Shown here: positions 49,279 to 59,880 of the stretch, piece after piece
Layout of the letters: each line of letters opens with the position of its first letter
How positions within the stretch are numbered: position 1 is the stretch's first letter
Assembly (NCBI GenBank): GCA_965219455.1
Contig: OZ244744.1
Location: forward strand, 4,576,001-4,640,000
Direction of reading: 5' to 3'
From: Candidatus Latescibacterota bacterium
GTDB taxonomy: Bacteria > Latescibacterota > UBA2968 > GCA-2709665
DNA length: 64,000 nt
Notes under the pieces: generated by a model
What the model was told of the DNA's origin: nothing
What the model saw: the letters and a program-made list of their open reading frames with translations, nothing else
The model's database searches: none
Made by a program: the position numbers and the translations under genes

Positions 49279-49413
49279 CGATTCACTTCGGGAGAGTTGC
49301 ACCAACGCAGAAAGGTCCACCTGCGCTCTATTCGCGGCGTTTATCCTGTTCTTGCCAAAGGGCTACCTTCTTCCTGATTACAGAAATGTAAGTAGAAAGA
49401 GGGAGAAACAGGC

Positions 49414-50250
49414 ATGTGCATCCAGAACGATGTTCCCGAAATGGTGCTGATACCATCCGGGGAATTTCTGATGGGCGCTGTAAATGACGATGATATGGGC
49501 TTCACCGGGGCCTCCCGTGAAGAGAAGCCCCAGCACATGGTCGATCTGGAAGCATACACGATCGATACCCATCTGGTTTCTGTAGAGCGGTATCACAGAT
49601 TCATACAGGCAGTGGACTATCGCCCTGAGAGTTGGCAGGACAACTGGCTGAATGCCCCCTTGCAGCCTGTAAGGAGTATATCATTGTCAGATGTTCTTGA
49701 ATATTGTGATTGGGCGGGAAGAAGGCTGCCCACGGAGGCTGAATGGGAGAAGGCAGCCCGAGGAGGGCTGGTCAACATGCCGTATCCGTGGGGTGACGAT
49801 GCATTTGATGGATCGCAAGCGGCAGATCGCAAGAAAGAAGAAGGCCCTCCGGACGTCGGCATGTTTCCACCAAACGGGTATGGTCTTTACGACGTGGTTG
49901 GCTCCTTGTGGCAATGGTGCAGAGACGACAGGCGACTTTATACCAATGACCGCAGACACCGTCCCGTGGGCCCCCTGGGAGGCGAAACGCGTTCGGCGCG
50001 GGGAGGCCGGACTGGTATTCCAGCCCGTTTCATAAGAGATGCTCCAGGCGGGGGAGTGTGCGTTTGGCAGGTGGGTCGGGCAATCTGGGATTCCGATGTG
50101 TTCGCGACGATCTCAAGGACTGATTGGGCGGCGTTGACGACGTGTCTTTTCGACTTCGGCAAGGAAGCGCTGCAGCAGACTTTATTGCTTGGCTGGAATA
50201 GGAGACGTGGCTATCATATTCCGAGCGTTCACCAGTTTAGCCTCAAATGA
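49414..50250 (+). CDS. FGE-sulfatase (SUMF1) domain protein; C-terminus possibly frameshifted
   Basis: GEFLMG, RLPTEAEWEKAARGG, PNGYGLYD. Confidence 0.82.
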   Translation: MCIQNDVPEMVLIPSGEFLMGAVNDDDMGFTGASREEKPQHMVDLEAYTIDTHLVSVERYHRFIQAVDYRPESWQDNWLNAPLQPVRSISLSDVLEYCDWAGRRLPTEAEWEKAARGGLVNMPYPWGDDAFDGSQAADRKKEEGPPDVGMFPPNGYGLYDVVGSLWQWCRDDRRLYTNDRRHRPVGPLGGETRSARGGRTGIPARFIRDAPGGGVCVWQVGRAIWDSDVFATISRTDWAALTTCLFDFGKEALQQTLLLGWNRRRGYHIPSVHQFSLK

Positions 50251-50289
50251 GGCACGCTCCCATTCCGCCTCGTTTGTCATCCCAGCCCG

Positions 50290-50319
50290 TTGACCCGCTC
50301 GGGCGTCCCGTTGTATGAT
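50290..50319 (+). promoter_or_regulatory. Sigma70-like promoter
   Basis: TTGACC-18 bp-TATGAT upstream of the DUF362 gene. Confidence 0.45.
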
Positions 50320-50362
50320 GGGTCCACACCAGAACCGCCGTTTACGCGAGGAGAGCATAGAG

Positions 50363-51571
50363 ATGAACCATGAATTCAGCGTTCGTGCAGTCCATTGCGA
50401 TCACCGGGCCTCCGATGAGGAGGTCTACGAGAACCTCGTTCGAGCCACCGCCCCCCTTGAGCGCTCCTGGGAGAAGCTGCGGAAGGCGGGCCGCATCGCT
50501 CTCAAGTTCAACATGGGGCATACGAATGTGATTCATTTCGAGGGCCGCCGTCGAGAGCTTGTCGACGACGCTGTCTGCCGCGCCGTCCTTCGGCTCCTGC
50601 GCGAGCGGACTTCATCCACACTTGTCGCAGCCGACACATTCTGCCGGGCCGCGACCGGGGCCGCGACGGACTACTTCAACTACCTTCCGCTGCTCGAGGA
50701 ATTCGACGTCGAGTATGCGGAGTCAAACCTGCCCCCCTTCGCCGAGTACGACGTGCCGGGAGGCGGCTGCATGTTCCAGCGCTACACGCTCAGCCGCTGC
50801 TTCAGCGAAGCAGATGAGGTCGTCTCCGTCGCCAAGATGAAGAACCACCTCTTCATGGGCGTCACGCTTTGCACAAAGAACCTGTTTGGCCTCACGCCCA
50901 CGATCCCGCCGGAGGGACGCGTGCGCACCTATTTCCACCACGCAATCCGGCTGTCCTACGTGCTCCCCGATCTGGCGCGTATTACCAACCCGTGCCTCAA
51001 TATCGTCGACGCCACGACAGGTCAATGGGGTCGTGAGTGGGACGGCGAGGGCCGCCTGTGCAACGCCCTCATCGCTGGCGACCAGATTATAGCCACCGAT
51101 GCCGTCGGCGCCCACCTGATGGGGCACGATCCCGCGTCAGATTGGCCCACGCCACCATTCCGTCGCGACCGCAACCATCTGCTCGTCGCCGCGCAGAGCG
51201 GATTCGGAACGGTCAATCTCGACGAAATTGACTTCAAGAGCGAGGTCGAGGGTCCGTTGAACGAATTCGACTCTGTCGAGGAAGATCCGCCTGCTATCAT
51301 GGCCACGGTAAGGGAAACGGCTTGCGAGCAGGGACTCTTCTATCGCGATCGTATGCAGGCGATGATCGAGGAACACGGAGGGAACTTCGTCTATCTGCAA
51401 GACGGCGAGGTCAAGTGGAGCGGCGAGAACCCGGCGCACATCAGGAGCCATCGCGAGTTTACCGGAAAGAAACCCGGCAGCGCGTTGTTCCTCAAGAAGG
51501 TCGATCCCGAGGAACGCGAAGGAGAGCGCTTTGAAGCCTATGAGGATTGCCTCAGGCGCATTCGCGCCTGA
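50363..51571 (+). CDS. DUF362-domain protein
   Basis: ALKFN, SVAKMKNH..GVTLCTKNLFG, IATDAV. Confidence 0.82.
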   Translation: MNHEFSVRAVHCDHRASDEEVYENLVRATAPLERSWEKLRKAGRIALKFNMGHTNVIHFEGRRRELVDDAVCRAVLRLLRERTSSTLVAADTFCRAATGAATDYFNYLPLLEEFDVEYAESNLPPFAEYDVPGGGCMFQRYTLSRCFSEADEVVSVAKMKNHLFMGVTLCTKNLFGLTPTIPPEGRVRTYFHHAIRLSYVLPDLARITNPCLNIVDATTGQWGREWDGEGRLCNALIAGDQIIATDAVGAHLMGHDPASDWPTPPFRRDRNHLLVAAQSGFGTVNLDEIDFKSEVEGPLNEFDSVEEDPPAIMATVRETACEQGLFYRDRMQAMIEEHGGNFVYLQDGEVKWSGENPAHIRSHREFTGKKPGSALFLKKVDPEEREGERFEAYEDCLRRIRA

Positions 51572-51640
51572 GTCTCCCTCATCCATTTCCTATCAAGGTG
51601 CTTTCGACACATTATCCTGAGCATAGGAGGACCAATTGGG

Positions 51641-52444
51641 ATGGCTCAGAGACACTTCTTACTCCCCTGTGTATTCGTGCTCAGCTTCGCATTGCCAGTC
51701 GTTGGCGAAGTCGAAAGCAAGGGACCAAGTATGACACGTGAAGACATTTTCAAAGCCGTCCAATCTCTTTCAAAGGAAAAAGATCTATTCTCTGCCAGCG
51801 AATTTGTACTCGGACTTAAGAATGAAGCAGAAATTGTTGGGGCTTACAGCAACCTTGTTCTCGACTGCTACCAGAAGGCCAAATCCACGGAGCAGGTGCT
51901 TCACTTTGCAAATGCCGGCATCCACTACTGCCTGGCTCGAGCATCAACGTACGATGGAAAGGATGATGATGCGGCAAAAAAGCTTCGATTTGCTGCCAAG
52001 AGGATGGCGACGAACGCAGCATCTTCTACCTGGACCGGCTGGGAGGAGCCCGGGGTGACGATTTTTCCAGACCAGATGCGACAGGGTCTTGCAATGGCCC
52101 GATATAGCGTTCGGCAATTGCACGAGCTCGATCCGAGCGCTGCTCAGCTGGCGTTCACTTACTGGTTTCTCGGCGTACAACTCATTGCTCAGGAGTCACA
52201 TGGGGAAGCCCTTTTAGTCCTGGTACATGCTCGCGATTACAGCAAGGCGCACGGCACCAGCCCTGATGAACTAGCCATGTTAGAGGGCTATATCGGGCTG
52301 ACAAGGATCCTGAATGGCGAAAAAGACGTCGGCGAATCGGAGTTCGGCTCCTCAGTCTCGGCCCTGGAATCACGCGAGAACCAGGATGCCAAGTTTTATG
52401 CGAAGCAGCTACTGAGTGTACGTGCCTTCTTTGTGAAACAGTAA
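51641..52444 (+). CDS. Exported helical hypothetical protein
   Basis: AGGAGG RBS; signal-peptide-like N-terminus. Confidence 0.7.
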   Translation: MAQRHFLLPCVFVLSFALPVVGEVESKGPSMTREDIFKAVQSLSKEKDLFSASEFVLGLKNEAEIVGAYSNLVLDCYQKAKSTEQVLHFANAGIHYCLARASTYDGKDDDAAKKLRFAAKRMATNAASSTWTGWEEPGVTIFPDQMRQGLAMARYSVRQLHELDPSAAQLAFTYWFLGVQLIAQESHGEALLVLVHARDYSKAHGTSPDELAMLEGYIGLTRILNGEKDVGESEFGSSVSALESRENQDAKFYAKQLLSVRAFFVKQ

Positions 52445-52497
52445 AAAGCAGGACGACGATCGCTTCTTCGATCTTTCGGCTGGAAAAACAACACGGC

Positions 52498-52581
52498 TCT
52501 TAACACGAGCACCCACGGCTTCGGGGCTTCGCCCCTACGCGCAACCGCTACGCGGGTTCGTGGGTGCCAAGAACGTTATGT
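52498..52581 (+). repeat. attC-like site
   Basis: TCTTAACacgagcacccacg...cgtgggtgccaagaacGTTATGT. Confidence 0.88.
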
Positions 52582-53107
52582 GCCCTGGCATTTTTTGACT
52601 GAGCATGCAGGAGAGCGGGGACACAGCAGAACCATTGAGACATTGTGGAGACCCGGAATGGACGATCGTGCGTTTTCAGAGATTCGGGATATGCTGGATC
52701 AAGGGATTGCCATCGAGGAGACGCGGGAGCAGGTTAGCCAGGGTTTTCGGGATGTGGCCGACGCGCTGACCGACTATCATCAGGCTCTCGATGCGATGCG
52801 ACAGTGGCAGCAGTATTACAATCACCAGTGACCGCATTAGACGATTCAGTATCTCTGTCCGATCGACTATTGCCGCGGCGATCCTGCTTCTCGTACCGCA
52901 CAACGCGACCAGAAACTCGTGCAGGGCGCCCAACGTCGCAGGATGTATTGGCAAACCAAATCCGAAATCTCAACCTTACAAACCTCTCACATCCAAAAAC
53001 ACGCCGATTGTCTCACTTTGAAATAGGCAAAACACGTTGTCTCTTGTCGTGTAATTGAAAACTGCATGACCCTGTGTCAGGTATGTCATATTGGGAGCAC
53101 TTTGATT

Positions 53108-53554
53108 ATGGTTGAAATCTCCGTACGACTTGCCACCGATACCGACATGGACTGGTGCAAATATACCCTGACACTCGACTCCGGCTACCCAACTCATCAG
53201 CTCCCCGGTCTGAGTGAGTTGATCGTAGCTGAATCAGATGGCCAATTGGTAGGCGTGTTACACCTTGCGCATTTGTGGCCAGGCCAACAAGGAGGGACCC
53301 CATATATCAGCGGAATCATCGTGATCACGGAATATCAACGCAGAGGAGTTGGAAAGGCGCTTTTAGGTTTTCTGGAGCGTCTTTTGAAAGAACGAGGTCA
53401 GAGGGTTCTGCTGAGCTCGTGTGTTATCAACGAGCATGTACCTCAATCCTGGCATAGGCACGTGGGCTTCAAGAACTGTGGGAATCTGGAGGGAATTCCC
53501 TTTGATGATGAATTGGGAGAGGTGTTCTTCTACAAGCGACTGGATCCGGGGTGA
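53108..53554 (+). CDS. GNAT acetyltransferase
   Basis: VITEYQRRGVGKALL, WHRHVGF. Confidence 0.85.
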   Translation: MVEISVRLATDTDMDWCKYTLTLDSGYPTHQLPGLSELIVAESDGQLVGVLHLAHLWPGQQGGTPYISGIIVITEYQRRGVGKALLGFLERLLKERGQRVLLSSCVINEHVPQSWHRHVGFKNCGNLEGIPFDDELGEVFFYKRLDPG

Positions 53555-53555
53555 A

Positions 53556-53712
53556 TTCTCTTGAGGCGATCCTGCCAATTATGTCGCTTCACACTCCTGG
53601 CGCATTCAGGGATATCGCAGACCAGAGTGGCGGGTTAAGGCACGTTTCCACGACGCACATTACGAGCCCATGCGGGAAGCCGTTCTGTGAAATTACCCTT
53701 CAAAGGGCATAA
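53556..53712 (+). pseudogene. Diverged 3' fragment of the 44438-45061 methyltransferase
   Basis: SLEAILPIMSLHTPGAFRDIADQ...PCGKPFCEITLQRA*. Confidence 0.85.
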
Positions 53713-53806
53713 GAATCTGTCGTAACTCGATTGATTGTTGCATCCTAATCCGTGGCGAACGTGTACAGACGATCTATAGCGTAGATCATTCAGCTCGGAG
53801 AGTGAT

Positions 53807-55048
53807 ATGAACGGGCGAATCCGTATCCTACTGTTGTTGGCAGCACTGTTGTTGAGCGGGGCAACAATCGACGCGAACGAAAATCCAACCTTGAATACCA
53901 ACGTGGAAGAGATCGTAACCGAGGTTGCTCCCGGATTGGTTCGGACGCACATTTCCGCGGACTCGACCAGCGAGGGTCTTCCCCAGAATATTCACGTGGC
54001 GCAGATGGACCTGCGGAAGTACCGATTGAAGTTGGTTATGGCGATGAATCAGATCATCGGGCAGGAGGCGACAAGCGACATCGCGAGGAGATACAACGCG
54101 CTTGTGGCCGTTAATGCGGGATACTCGTTTTCGAACAACCCATGGAACATTTTTCACGGCGACCCAAGCGAATTCTTTGTTCTGGATGGGAAGATCCTTA
54201 GCGAACCAAGAACGCCCGGTCGCAGGAGCGTTGGAATCTGCACGAGGAACGACAGGCAGACCATGATCGTCGCGGAACCACTGCTAAGTGTAGCGGTTGC
54301 AATGGATGGGAGGGAAGAAAACGAGGTGACCGGGATCAACCGGAGACGAAATGAAGTCCGAGGCTGGGATAAAGATGGGGAGGAAAAAGAGGAACTCGAC
54401 AAAAACGACCTCATCCTCTATACACCTGAGTGGAACCGAAGTACATTAACCGACCAGGCGGGTGTCGAGGTGATCGTGCGGGAAGATACGGTTTCAGCCA
54501 TCCACGTGAATGTGGGATCCAGCCTAATCCCCTCCGACGGATACGTCCTTTCCGGATCGGGCAGGTACGCAGCCTGGTTGAAACAGCACGCCCGTGTGGG
54601 CTCAAAGGCGAAGATCAGCCATCAGCCGACCTCCCGAGAAAATCCTGGGAGCCCCCTTCCTCTGGAAGACTGCAGCTATACGAGTGCTGGAACGCTGCTG
54701 ATCCGAGATGGTCGGCGGTTTACTGAGTACGCGAGTGAGGCCTTTGAACCCTGGTTCTTTGATGGAAGACATCCAAGGACGGCAATTGGCATATCGGAGG
54801 ACGGAAACACGCTGTGGCTGATAGTCGCTGATGGTCGTCAGCCCAGTCTGGCCATGGGGATGACCCTACCGGAACTCTCGGATCTCCTTGCAGACCTTGG
54901 CGCGCACAATGCCTATAACCTGGACGGAGGGGGATCCAGCACGATGGTGGTTCGGGGGGAGGTGGTGAACAGTTACTCGGACATTCACCGGGGTGGCGTA
55001 CGCAAGGAACGCCGCCGATGCGATGCAATATTGGTGTTTCCACGATAG
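53807..55048 (+). CDS. Phosphodiester glycosidase (NAGPA-like) exported protein
   Basis: AVNAGY, RHPRTAIG, ADGRQ, NLDGGGSS. Confidence 0.9.
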   Translation: MNGRIRILLLLAALLLSGATIDANENPTLNTNVEEIVTEVAPGLVRTHISADSTSEGLPQNIHVAQMDLRKYRLKLVMAMNQIIGQEATSDIARRYNALVAVNAGYSFSNNPWNIFHGDPSEFFVLDGKILSEPRTPGRRSVGICTRNDRQTMIVAEPLLSVAVAMDGREENEVTGINRRRNEVRGWDKDGEEKEELDKNDLILYTPEWNRSTLTDQAGVEVIVREDTVSAIHVNVGSSLIPSDGYVLSGSGRYAAWLKQHARVGSKAKISHQPTSRENPGSPLPLEDCSYTSAGTLLIRDGRRFTEYASEAFEPWFFDGRHPRTAIGISEDGNTLWLIVADGRQPSLAMGMTLPELSDLLADLGAHNAYNLDGGGSSTMVVRGEVVNSYSDIHRGGVRKERRRCDAILVFPR

Positions 55049-55059
55049 ACAAATGGACA

Positions 55060-55111
55060 GCCCGGCCTGCCACAACCGCTCCGCGGTTTCGGGCACGGCG
55101 ATATGTTTTGC
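55060..55111 (+). repeat. Partial attC-like site (right half)
   Basis: caaccgctccgcggtttcgggcacggcgatatGTTTTGC. Confidence 0.7.
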
Positions 55112-55283
55112 GAAACTGGCGCAAGAGCGAAACCCAACGTCCCCAGCCCGATAACGCCCAAGACCCCAATCCCTGCCCTCACCGAACCAGCTACCATGAA
55201 GTTGTTCTCGTTGAGGATTGTCCTGAAGATGCGATTATCTCCATACTGAGTGTTTTCTGAGAGTCCAGGTTAAGGATATTGAC

Positions 55284-55823
55284 GTGCTGGAATTGAAACC
55301 TTTCGCAAGAGACGATTTTGAACGTCTGATCAATTGGATCCCTTCTCCGGAGCTTCTATTGCAGTGGGGAGGTCCGAGCTTTACTTATCCGTTGGATAAA
55401 ACACAGCTTGAAATGTACATTCGGGAGTCGGAAGGTCATCGGCCTAAAAGGAAGATTTTCAAGTCGGTGGATACCGCTTCCGATTCAGTTATTGGTCATA
55501 TTGAACTTAGCGGCATTGATCTACAGAACAAAAGTGCGAGAGTTTGCCGTGTTTTGGTTGGCGATCCATCCTATAGAGGGAAAGGAATTGGCACTCAGAT
55601 GATGAAGCAAATCCTGGCCCTGGGATTCAATCAGTACGGTTTGCATCGCATCGATTTGGTTGTGTTTGACTTCAATACGTCCGCTATCAAATGCTACGAG
55701 AAGCTTGGCTTCGTAAAAGAAGGGTGTTTCAGAGAATGTCGCAAGATAGGCGACGAATACTGGAGTCTTTATCAGATGAGCATCTTGGAATCTGAGTGGA
55801 GAACATCACTGGCCGAGTCTTGA
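55284..55823 (+). CDS. GNAT acetyltransferase (RimJ/RimL-like)
   Basis: YRGKGIG, FDFNTSAIKCYEKLGF. Confidence 0.9.
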   Translation: MLELKPFARDDFERLINWIPSPELLLQWGGPSFTYPLDKTQLEMYIRESEGHRPKRKIFKSVDTASDSVIGHIELSGIDLQNKSARVCRVLVGDPSYRGKGIGTQMMKQILALGFNQYGLHRIDLVVFDFNTSAIKCYEKLGFVKEGCFRECRKIGDEYWSLYQMSILESEWRTSLAES

Positions 55824-55844
55824 AGGAGAATCGGTTGCACTTAT

Positions 55845-55953
55845 TCTCCGGTCACATCCGGTGAACTCAAGAATTGTCCAATTGTAAAGTCAAATCGCCT
55901 TTGTTCTTCTGGGCAAATTCAAACTAACCTCGCCGAAATATGCCGAATCAAGG
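55845..55953. mobile_element. Remnant right end of the IS1380-like MITE
   Basis: gtcaaatcgccttt...tgccgaatcaagg homologous to 41745-41850. Confidence 0.7.
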
Positions 55954-55976
55954 CTAACGCCTTGAGAGGCTTCTGA

Positions 55977-56879
55977 ATGATCAGATACGAGAGCCGTCCA
56001 ATTATCGTGCTGGGGGTAGAGCGCAGCGGGACCTCTGTCGCTGCCGAGATGGTACATAGATGGGGCGCCTATGCTGGCGCTTCCGAAAGGCTGCACGAAG
56101 CTGATACCCATGCGCCCAGAGGATATTGGGAATATCTGCCGTTATGGGATTTTCTGGCCGAGTTAGGTGACTTTGCTTCCGGAGCGACGTGGTGGGACCG
56201 TGACTTCCAGCAGCGAATAGAAGACAAAGCCACTGAACCAGGGTACAGAATTAAAGCCGTTGAACTGATGTCAGAAATGCATAACGGTGGTCCCTTTTTC
56301 TGGAAGGACCCTGCGCTCGCCCATTTTTTGCCGTTTTGGAAACAGATATGGGAAGAGGCGGTTTATGTAATCACGATTCGCAACCCTCTCGATGCAGCAG
56401 TGTCGTGGCAGAAGTTCATTATGCCGTCCAATGTGAAGGTTCGAGTCTCTTTTGTCGCGTTGAATTTGCTGCGTTGGCAGCGCATGATGACACTGATACT
56501 GCATCACACAGAAGATTCGGCGCACCGGATCTTTCTTGGCTACGAAGACATCATGCTCAAACCACGCGAGCAGGCCAGGAGATTATCAGAATTCCTGAAC
56601 TTGAAGTTTGAGAACCGCCCTTCAAGAATTCAGGCGATGGTTGAGGCAGTTGACCCTCGACTGTGGCGGAATTATTGCAGGATCCCCTTTGAGGAAGTGC
56701 CTGAAGCTACAGATCAACAGAAAGCGCTCTATATCTTTGCAAGGCAGAAAATCATCAATCCATTCGAGCACTTCGACATCGCAGAGTACCCACTCCCGCC
56801 TGGGCATCTTGAGTTCCTGAACGTTCAAGAGGCTCTTCTGAAAGCCTGTCGTGACCTTGAAACGCCAACGAACGCATAA
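55977..56879 (+). CDS. Sulfotransferase family protein
   Basis: LGVERSGTS, WKDP, IRNPLD, YED; stop in the attC core. Confidence 0.85.
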   Translation: MIRYESRPIIVLGVERSGTSVAAEMVHRWGAYAGASERLHEADTHAPRGYWEYLPLWDFLAELGDFASGATWWDRDFQQRIEDKATEPGYRIKAVELMSEMHNGGPFFWKDPALAHFLPFWKQIWEEAVYVITIRNPLDAAVSWQKFIMPSNVKVRVSFVALNLLRWQRMMTLILHHTEDSAHRIFLGYEDIMLKPREQARRLSEFLNLKFENRPSRIQAMVEAVDPRLWRNYCRIPFEEVPEATDQQKALYIFARQKIINPFEHFDIAEYPLPPGHLEFLNVQEALLKACRDLETPTNA

Positions 56880-56953
56880 CTCCGTGCCCCGCGTCGGCGC
56901 AGGGACACCTTAGTTTAACCGCTGCGCGATTCGGTGGCACTGCGACGTTTTAA
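56874..56953 (+). repeat. attC-like site
   Basis: GCATAACtccgtgcc...ggcactgcgacGTTTTAA. Confidence 0.75.
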
Positions 56954-56995
56954 ACTAACGGCAATAAACCGAAGCCTGGCAGTTCGTCGAGAGAT

Positions 56996-57208
56996 ATGGG
57001 AATGGTTGTCCTGGTTACCGGCGCCTTCGGAAAAGCTGCCTTCTCCATCGTAGAGGCACTAAACGAAGGTGGCCACGTTGTTAGAGGATTCGATCTGCCA
57101 GAAACGGACTGTCCCGATTGCACGAGACGTAATCTGAAAAAAACCATACTGGGGAGGGTAGAGAATTTCGGAGAGGTCGAAGTCGCCATCCGCCTGAATA
57201 ATGCATGA
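56996..57208 (+). pseudogene. NAD-dependent epimerase N-terminal fragment
   Basis: VLVTGAFG...GHVVRGFD; only 70 aa. Confidence 0.6.
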
Positions 57209-57305
57209 ACTGTCACGGATTGCGGTTTCACGAAGCAGAGACAGCTTCCGAGCGAATCCCAATGTATAATCCATTCTGGATTTGAATTGTTCAAAACAGA
57301 CGAGA

Positions 57306-57551
57306 CCTACCCCCTATCCCCCTTCCTGAGAGGAAGGGGGAACTGTGTTCGGTTGATGAACGATTGGATAGGATGAAGAGGTCTCGATTGATGAAAAAAT
57401 CCGGGCGAAATATCGTGATTGGTCGGCGAGTTGCGCTTGGAAAGTGACGAGATGGCGTTCTCCAATCAATCAGAGTTTATATGATACAGCATTTACGCAA
57501 CGCTTGGATCAACTCCCCCTCTCCTCGCAGGAGAGGGGGCTGGGGGGAGAG
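57306..57551. repeat. Pair of G/C-rich REP-like hairpins
   Basis: tcccccttcctgagaggaaggggga and ccccctctcctcgcaggagagggggctggggggagagg. Confidence 0.65.
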
Positions 57552-57632
57552 GTTCGTGCAGGTTAAACGCTTGCACCAGGAACCCGCAGCCTTTGGAGCC
57601 GAGCACAATAATAACACAGGAGGTGGAGAGCG

Positions 57633-58028
57633 ATGGCCCGAGAGATCATTCATCCGGCGAGTGTCCACTCGACGGCGGGGGTGGGTTACTCTCACGTAGC
57701 GAAGGCCGGCGACACGGTCTACATCGCCGGTCAGATTGCGCTGGACGCGGACGGCGCTCTGGTAGGGAGAGGCGATATCGAGGCGCAGACTCAACAGGTC
57801 TACGCGAATCTTCAGGCCATCCTGGAGGAACTCGGAGGTGGTCTGAAAGACATCGTCAAGTTAACCACTTATCTGACCGAACGCAGCCATCTGGAGGCCT
57901 TTCGTCGTGTCCGAAACCGCTTTTTCAGTGACGCTTTCCCCCCGAACACGCTGTTGTTCGTCAGCGGCCTCGCTCATCCCGATTACCTCGTTGAGATTGA
58001 AGCCGTAGCATTCCTTCCAGGCAGTTAA
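57633..58028 (+). CDS. RidA/YjgF family protein
   Basis: GYSHVAKAGDTVYIAGQ, LVEIEAVA. Confidence 0.92.
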   Translation: MAREIIHPASVHSTAGVGYSHVAKAGDTVYIAGQIALDADGALVGRGDIEAQTQQVYANLQAILEELGGGLKDIVKLTTYLTERSHLEAFRRVRNRFFSDAFPPNTLLFVSGLAHPDYLVEIEAVAFLPGS

Positions 58029-58049
58029 AACGATTGGTGGATTAAAGAT

Positions 58050-58994
58050 ATGGACACTTTGGCGATTGCTCCCTGGAACGACGAAGATCTGGAGCCGGTG
58101 ATCGACCTCTGGCAGCGGGTGTTTGCAGACCGGAAATATGATTTCCATATGGATGAAGCGGGGTTTCGGCAGCGCGTCTTGGCTCATCCGGATTTTGATC
58201 CGGAGGGGGCGTTAATTGCACGGATGGACGCAAGGGTTGTCGGGTTTGTTCTGGCGGTGGCGCCAGGACCAGGGGAGACGGGCTACCTGAGCGTGTTGAT
58301 GGTGGATTCCGGTTTTAGGCAAAAGGGGATTGGGGGCATGCTCCTGGATGCAGCGGACGGATATCTGGCGGGTCGCGAAAAGAGCGAGATGCGGATCGGT
58401 TACAAGGGCAATCCAATCTCATTTGCAACAGGTGTCGACATGAAGACGCCGGCCTACACGTTTTTCCTGAATCGCGGATTCCGCAACCGCGGGTCGGCGA
58501 GTCTGTTTATGGAAACGACGTTTGCGGAGTTTGAGCTTCGGGAGGAGATCGAAGGATACATTGAAAATAACCGATCTCGAGGCATCCTGTTCGGGATGTG
58601 CGAAGCCGGACATCGGGAGGCGCTGTGTGGGTTTATGAAGGCACTGTTCCCGGGCGGTTGGGAGGCTTCTGTGAAAGGATGTATGGACGGAGATCCACCA
58701 TATCCCGTGCTGATCGCCACGGACGGGCCGACAGTGGTGGGTTTCGCCGGGCCGGCCCACGTGGGCAAGGATGGAAGCGGCGGCTTTACCGGGATCGGGA
58801 CACATCCGCACTACCGGCGGGGCAAGATCGGTACGGTGCTGTTCAACCTGATGTGCGCGGAGTTCAAGAAAGGTGGTGTGGCACGCAACACGCTCCATAC
58901 GGGACTGAATAATCCGGCTCAGGAGATCTATTTCGGCGCCGGGTATCGTGTGCGGCAGTTGGTGGATTATGGTCTGGTAAAACGCTTGGGGTAA
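58050..58994 (+). CDS. Tandem-domain GNAT acetyltransferase
   Basis: FRQKGIG and YRRGKIG motifs. Confidence 0.85.
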   Translation: MDTLAIAPWNDEDLEPVIDLWQRVFADRKYDFHMDEAGFRQRVLAHPDFDPEGALIARMDARVVGFVLAVAPGPGETGYLSVLMVDSGFRQKGIGGMLLDAADGYLAGREKSEMRIGYKGNPISFATGVDMKTPAYTFFLNRGFRNRGSASLFMETTFAEFELREEIEGYIENNRSRGILFGMCEAGHREALCGFMKALFPGGWEASVKGCMDGDPPYPVLIATDGPTVVGFAGPAHVGKDGSGGFTGIGTHPHYRRGKIGTVLFNLMCAEFKKGGVARNTLHTGLNNPAQEIYFGAGYRVRQLVDYGLVKRLG

Positions 58995-59212
58995 TATGGT
59001 TTCACTCAGAGGAGTTGCATTCGTTGAGACGTTGGAGGATATATGCCTTCTGTGGCGTTTTTTTGACGTAAATCTTTGTTTTAATAAAGTTATAGTATAT
59101 ACAACAGGCTTAATGGGGACGGTGCAGGGGCGCCTCACATGGTGGATCGAGATGCCCGGCCTTTCGGCCAGTAACGGGCCGCTCCACCTCCCATAACCCT
59201 TCGGATGAAAAA

Positions 59213-59683
59213 GTGCACAGAAACTGTCCGTTTTCCGGTGGGTGTCGGTGCGGAGATGCGCGTTACGGACTTCGGAACCCGCCTCTCTTCGTTCATGCAT
59301 GTCATTGCCTTGACTGTCAGAAAGCTTCGGGTTCTGCCTTCGGGATTACAACCATTGTCCTGGAGAGCGATCTCACGTACGATCAGGGGAAAATTGTCGC
59401 GAAGCCTGTCGCGTCGCATCGAACGACGTTCGTCTGCGAATCCTGCGAGGATGTAATCTACAGGACTGTTGCTCATCACCCTGGCACCGCGCTACTCAGG
59501 TCGCAGACGTTGGACGACATGAGGGAACTTGAGATAAATGCGCACATCTGGACCAAAGAAAAGCACGCCTGGCTCGAGCTGCCGGCACATATTCCTCAGT
59601 TTGAAGAAGGATACGACAGGAACAAGGTCTGGCCTCAAGAGAGCCTGGACCGACTGGGCAATGAACTGCGAAAAACAACCTGA
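59213..59683 (+). CDS. GFA/CENP-V family protein
   Basis: GGCRCG, CHCLDCQK, FVCESC, HIWT. Confidence 0.85.
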   Translation: MHRNCPFSGGCRCGDARYGLRNPPLFVHACHCLDCQKASGSAFGITTIVLESDLTYDQGKIVAKPVASHRTTFVCESCEDVIYRTVAHHPGTALLRSQTLDDMRELEINAHIWTKEKHAWLELPAHIPQFEEGYDRNKVWPQESLDRLGNELRKTT

Positions 59684-59711
59684 ATCGCCGGAGTCGGCGG
59701 GCTGCACAGGC

Positions 59712-59796
59712 CGCCAACCCGACGGTGCGCGGCTCGGTACATTCGCACCCTCGCCCCACTGTCCTCGGCAGCGCACGCACTGCGGTAATGTTCGAT
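59712..59796 (+). repeat. Degenerate attC-like site
   Basis: CGCCAAC...gtgcg...cgcac...GTTCGAT. Confidence 0.55.
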
Positions 59797-59880
59797 GACA
59801 CGGACTAAGCGAGTTGGGAAAACGAAATGCGGGCCATTCTTTTCAATCCATATGAAACGTTGAAAACGGAATACAATCCT

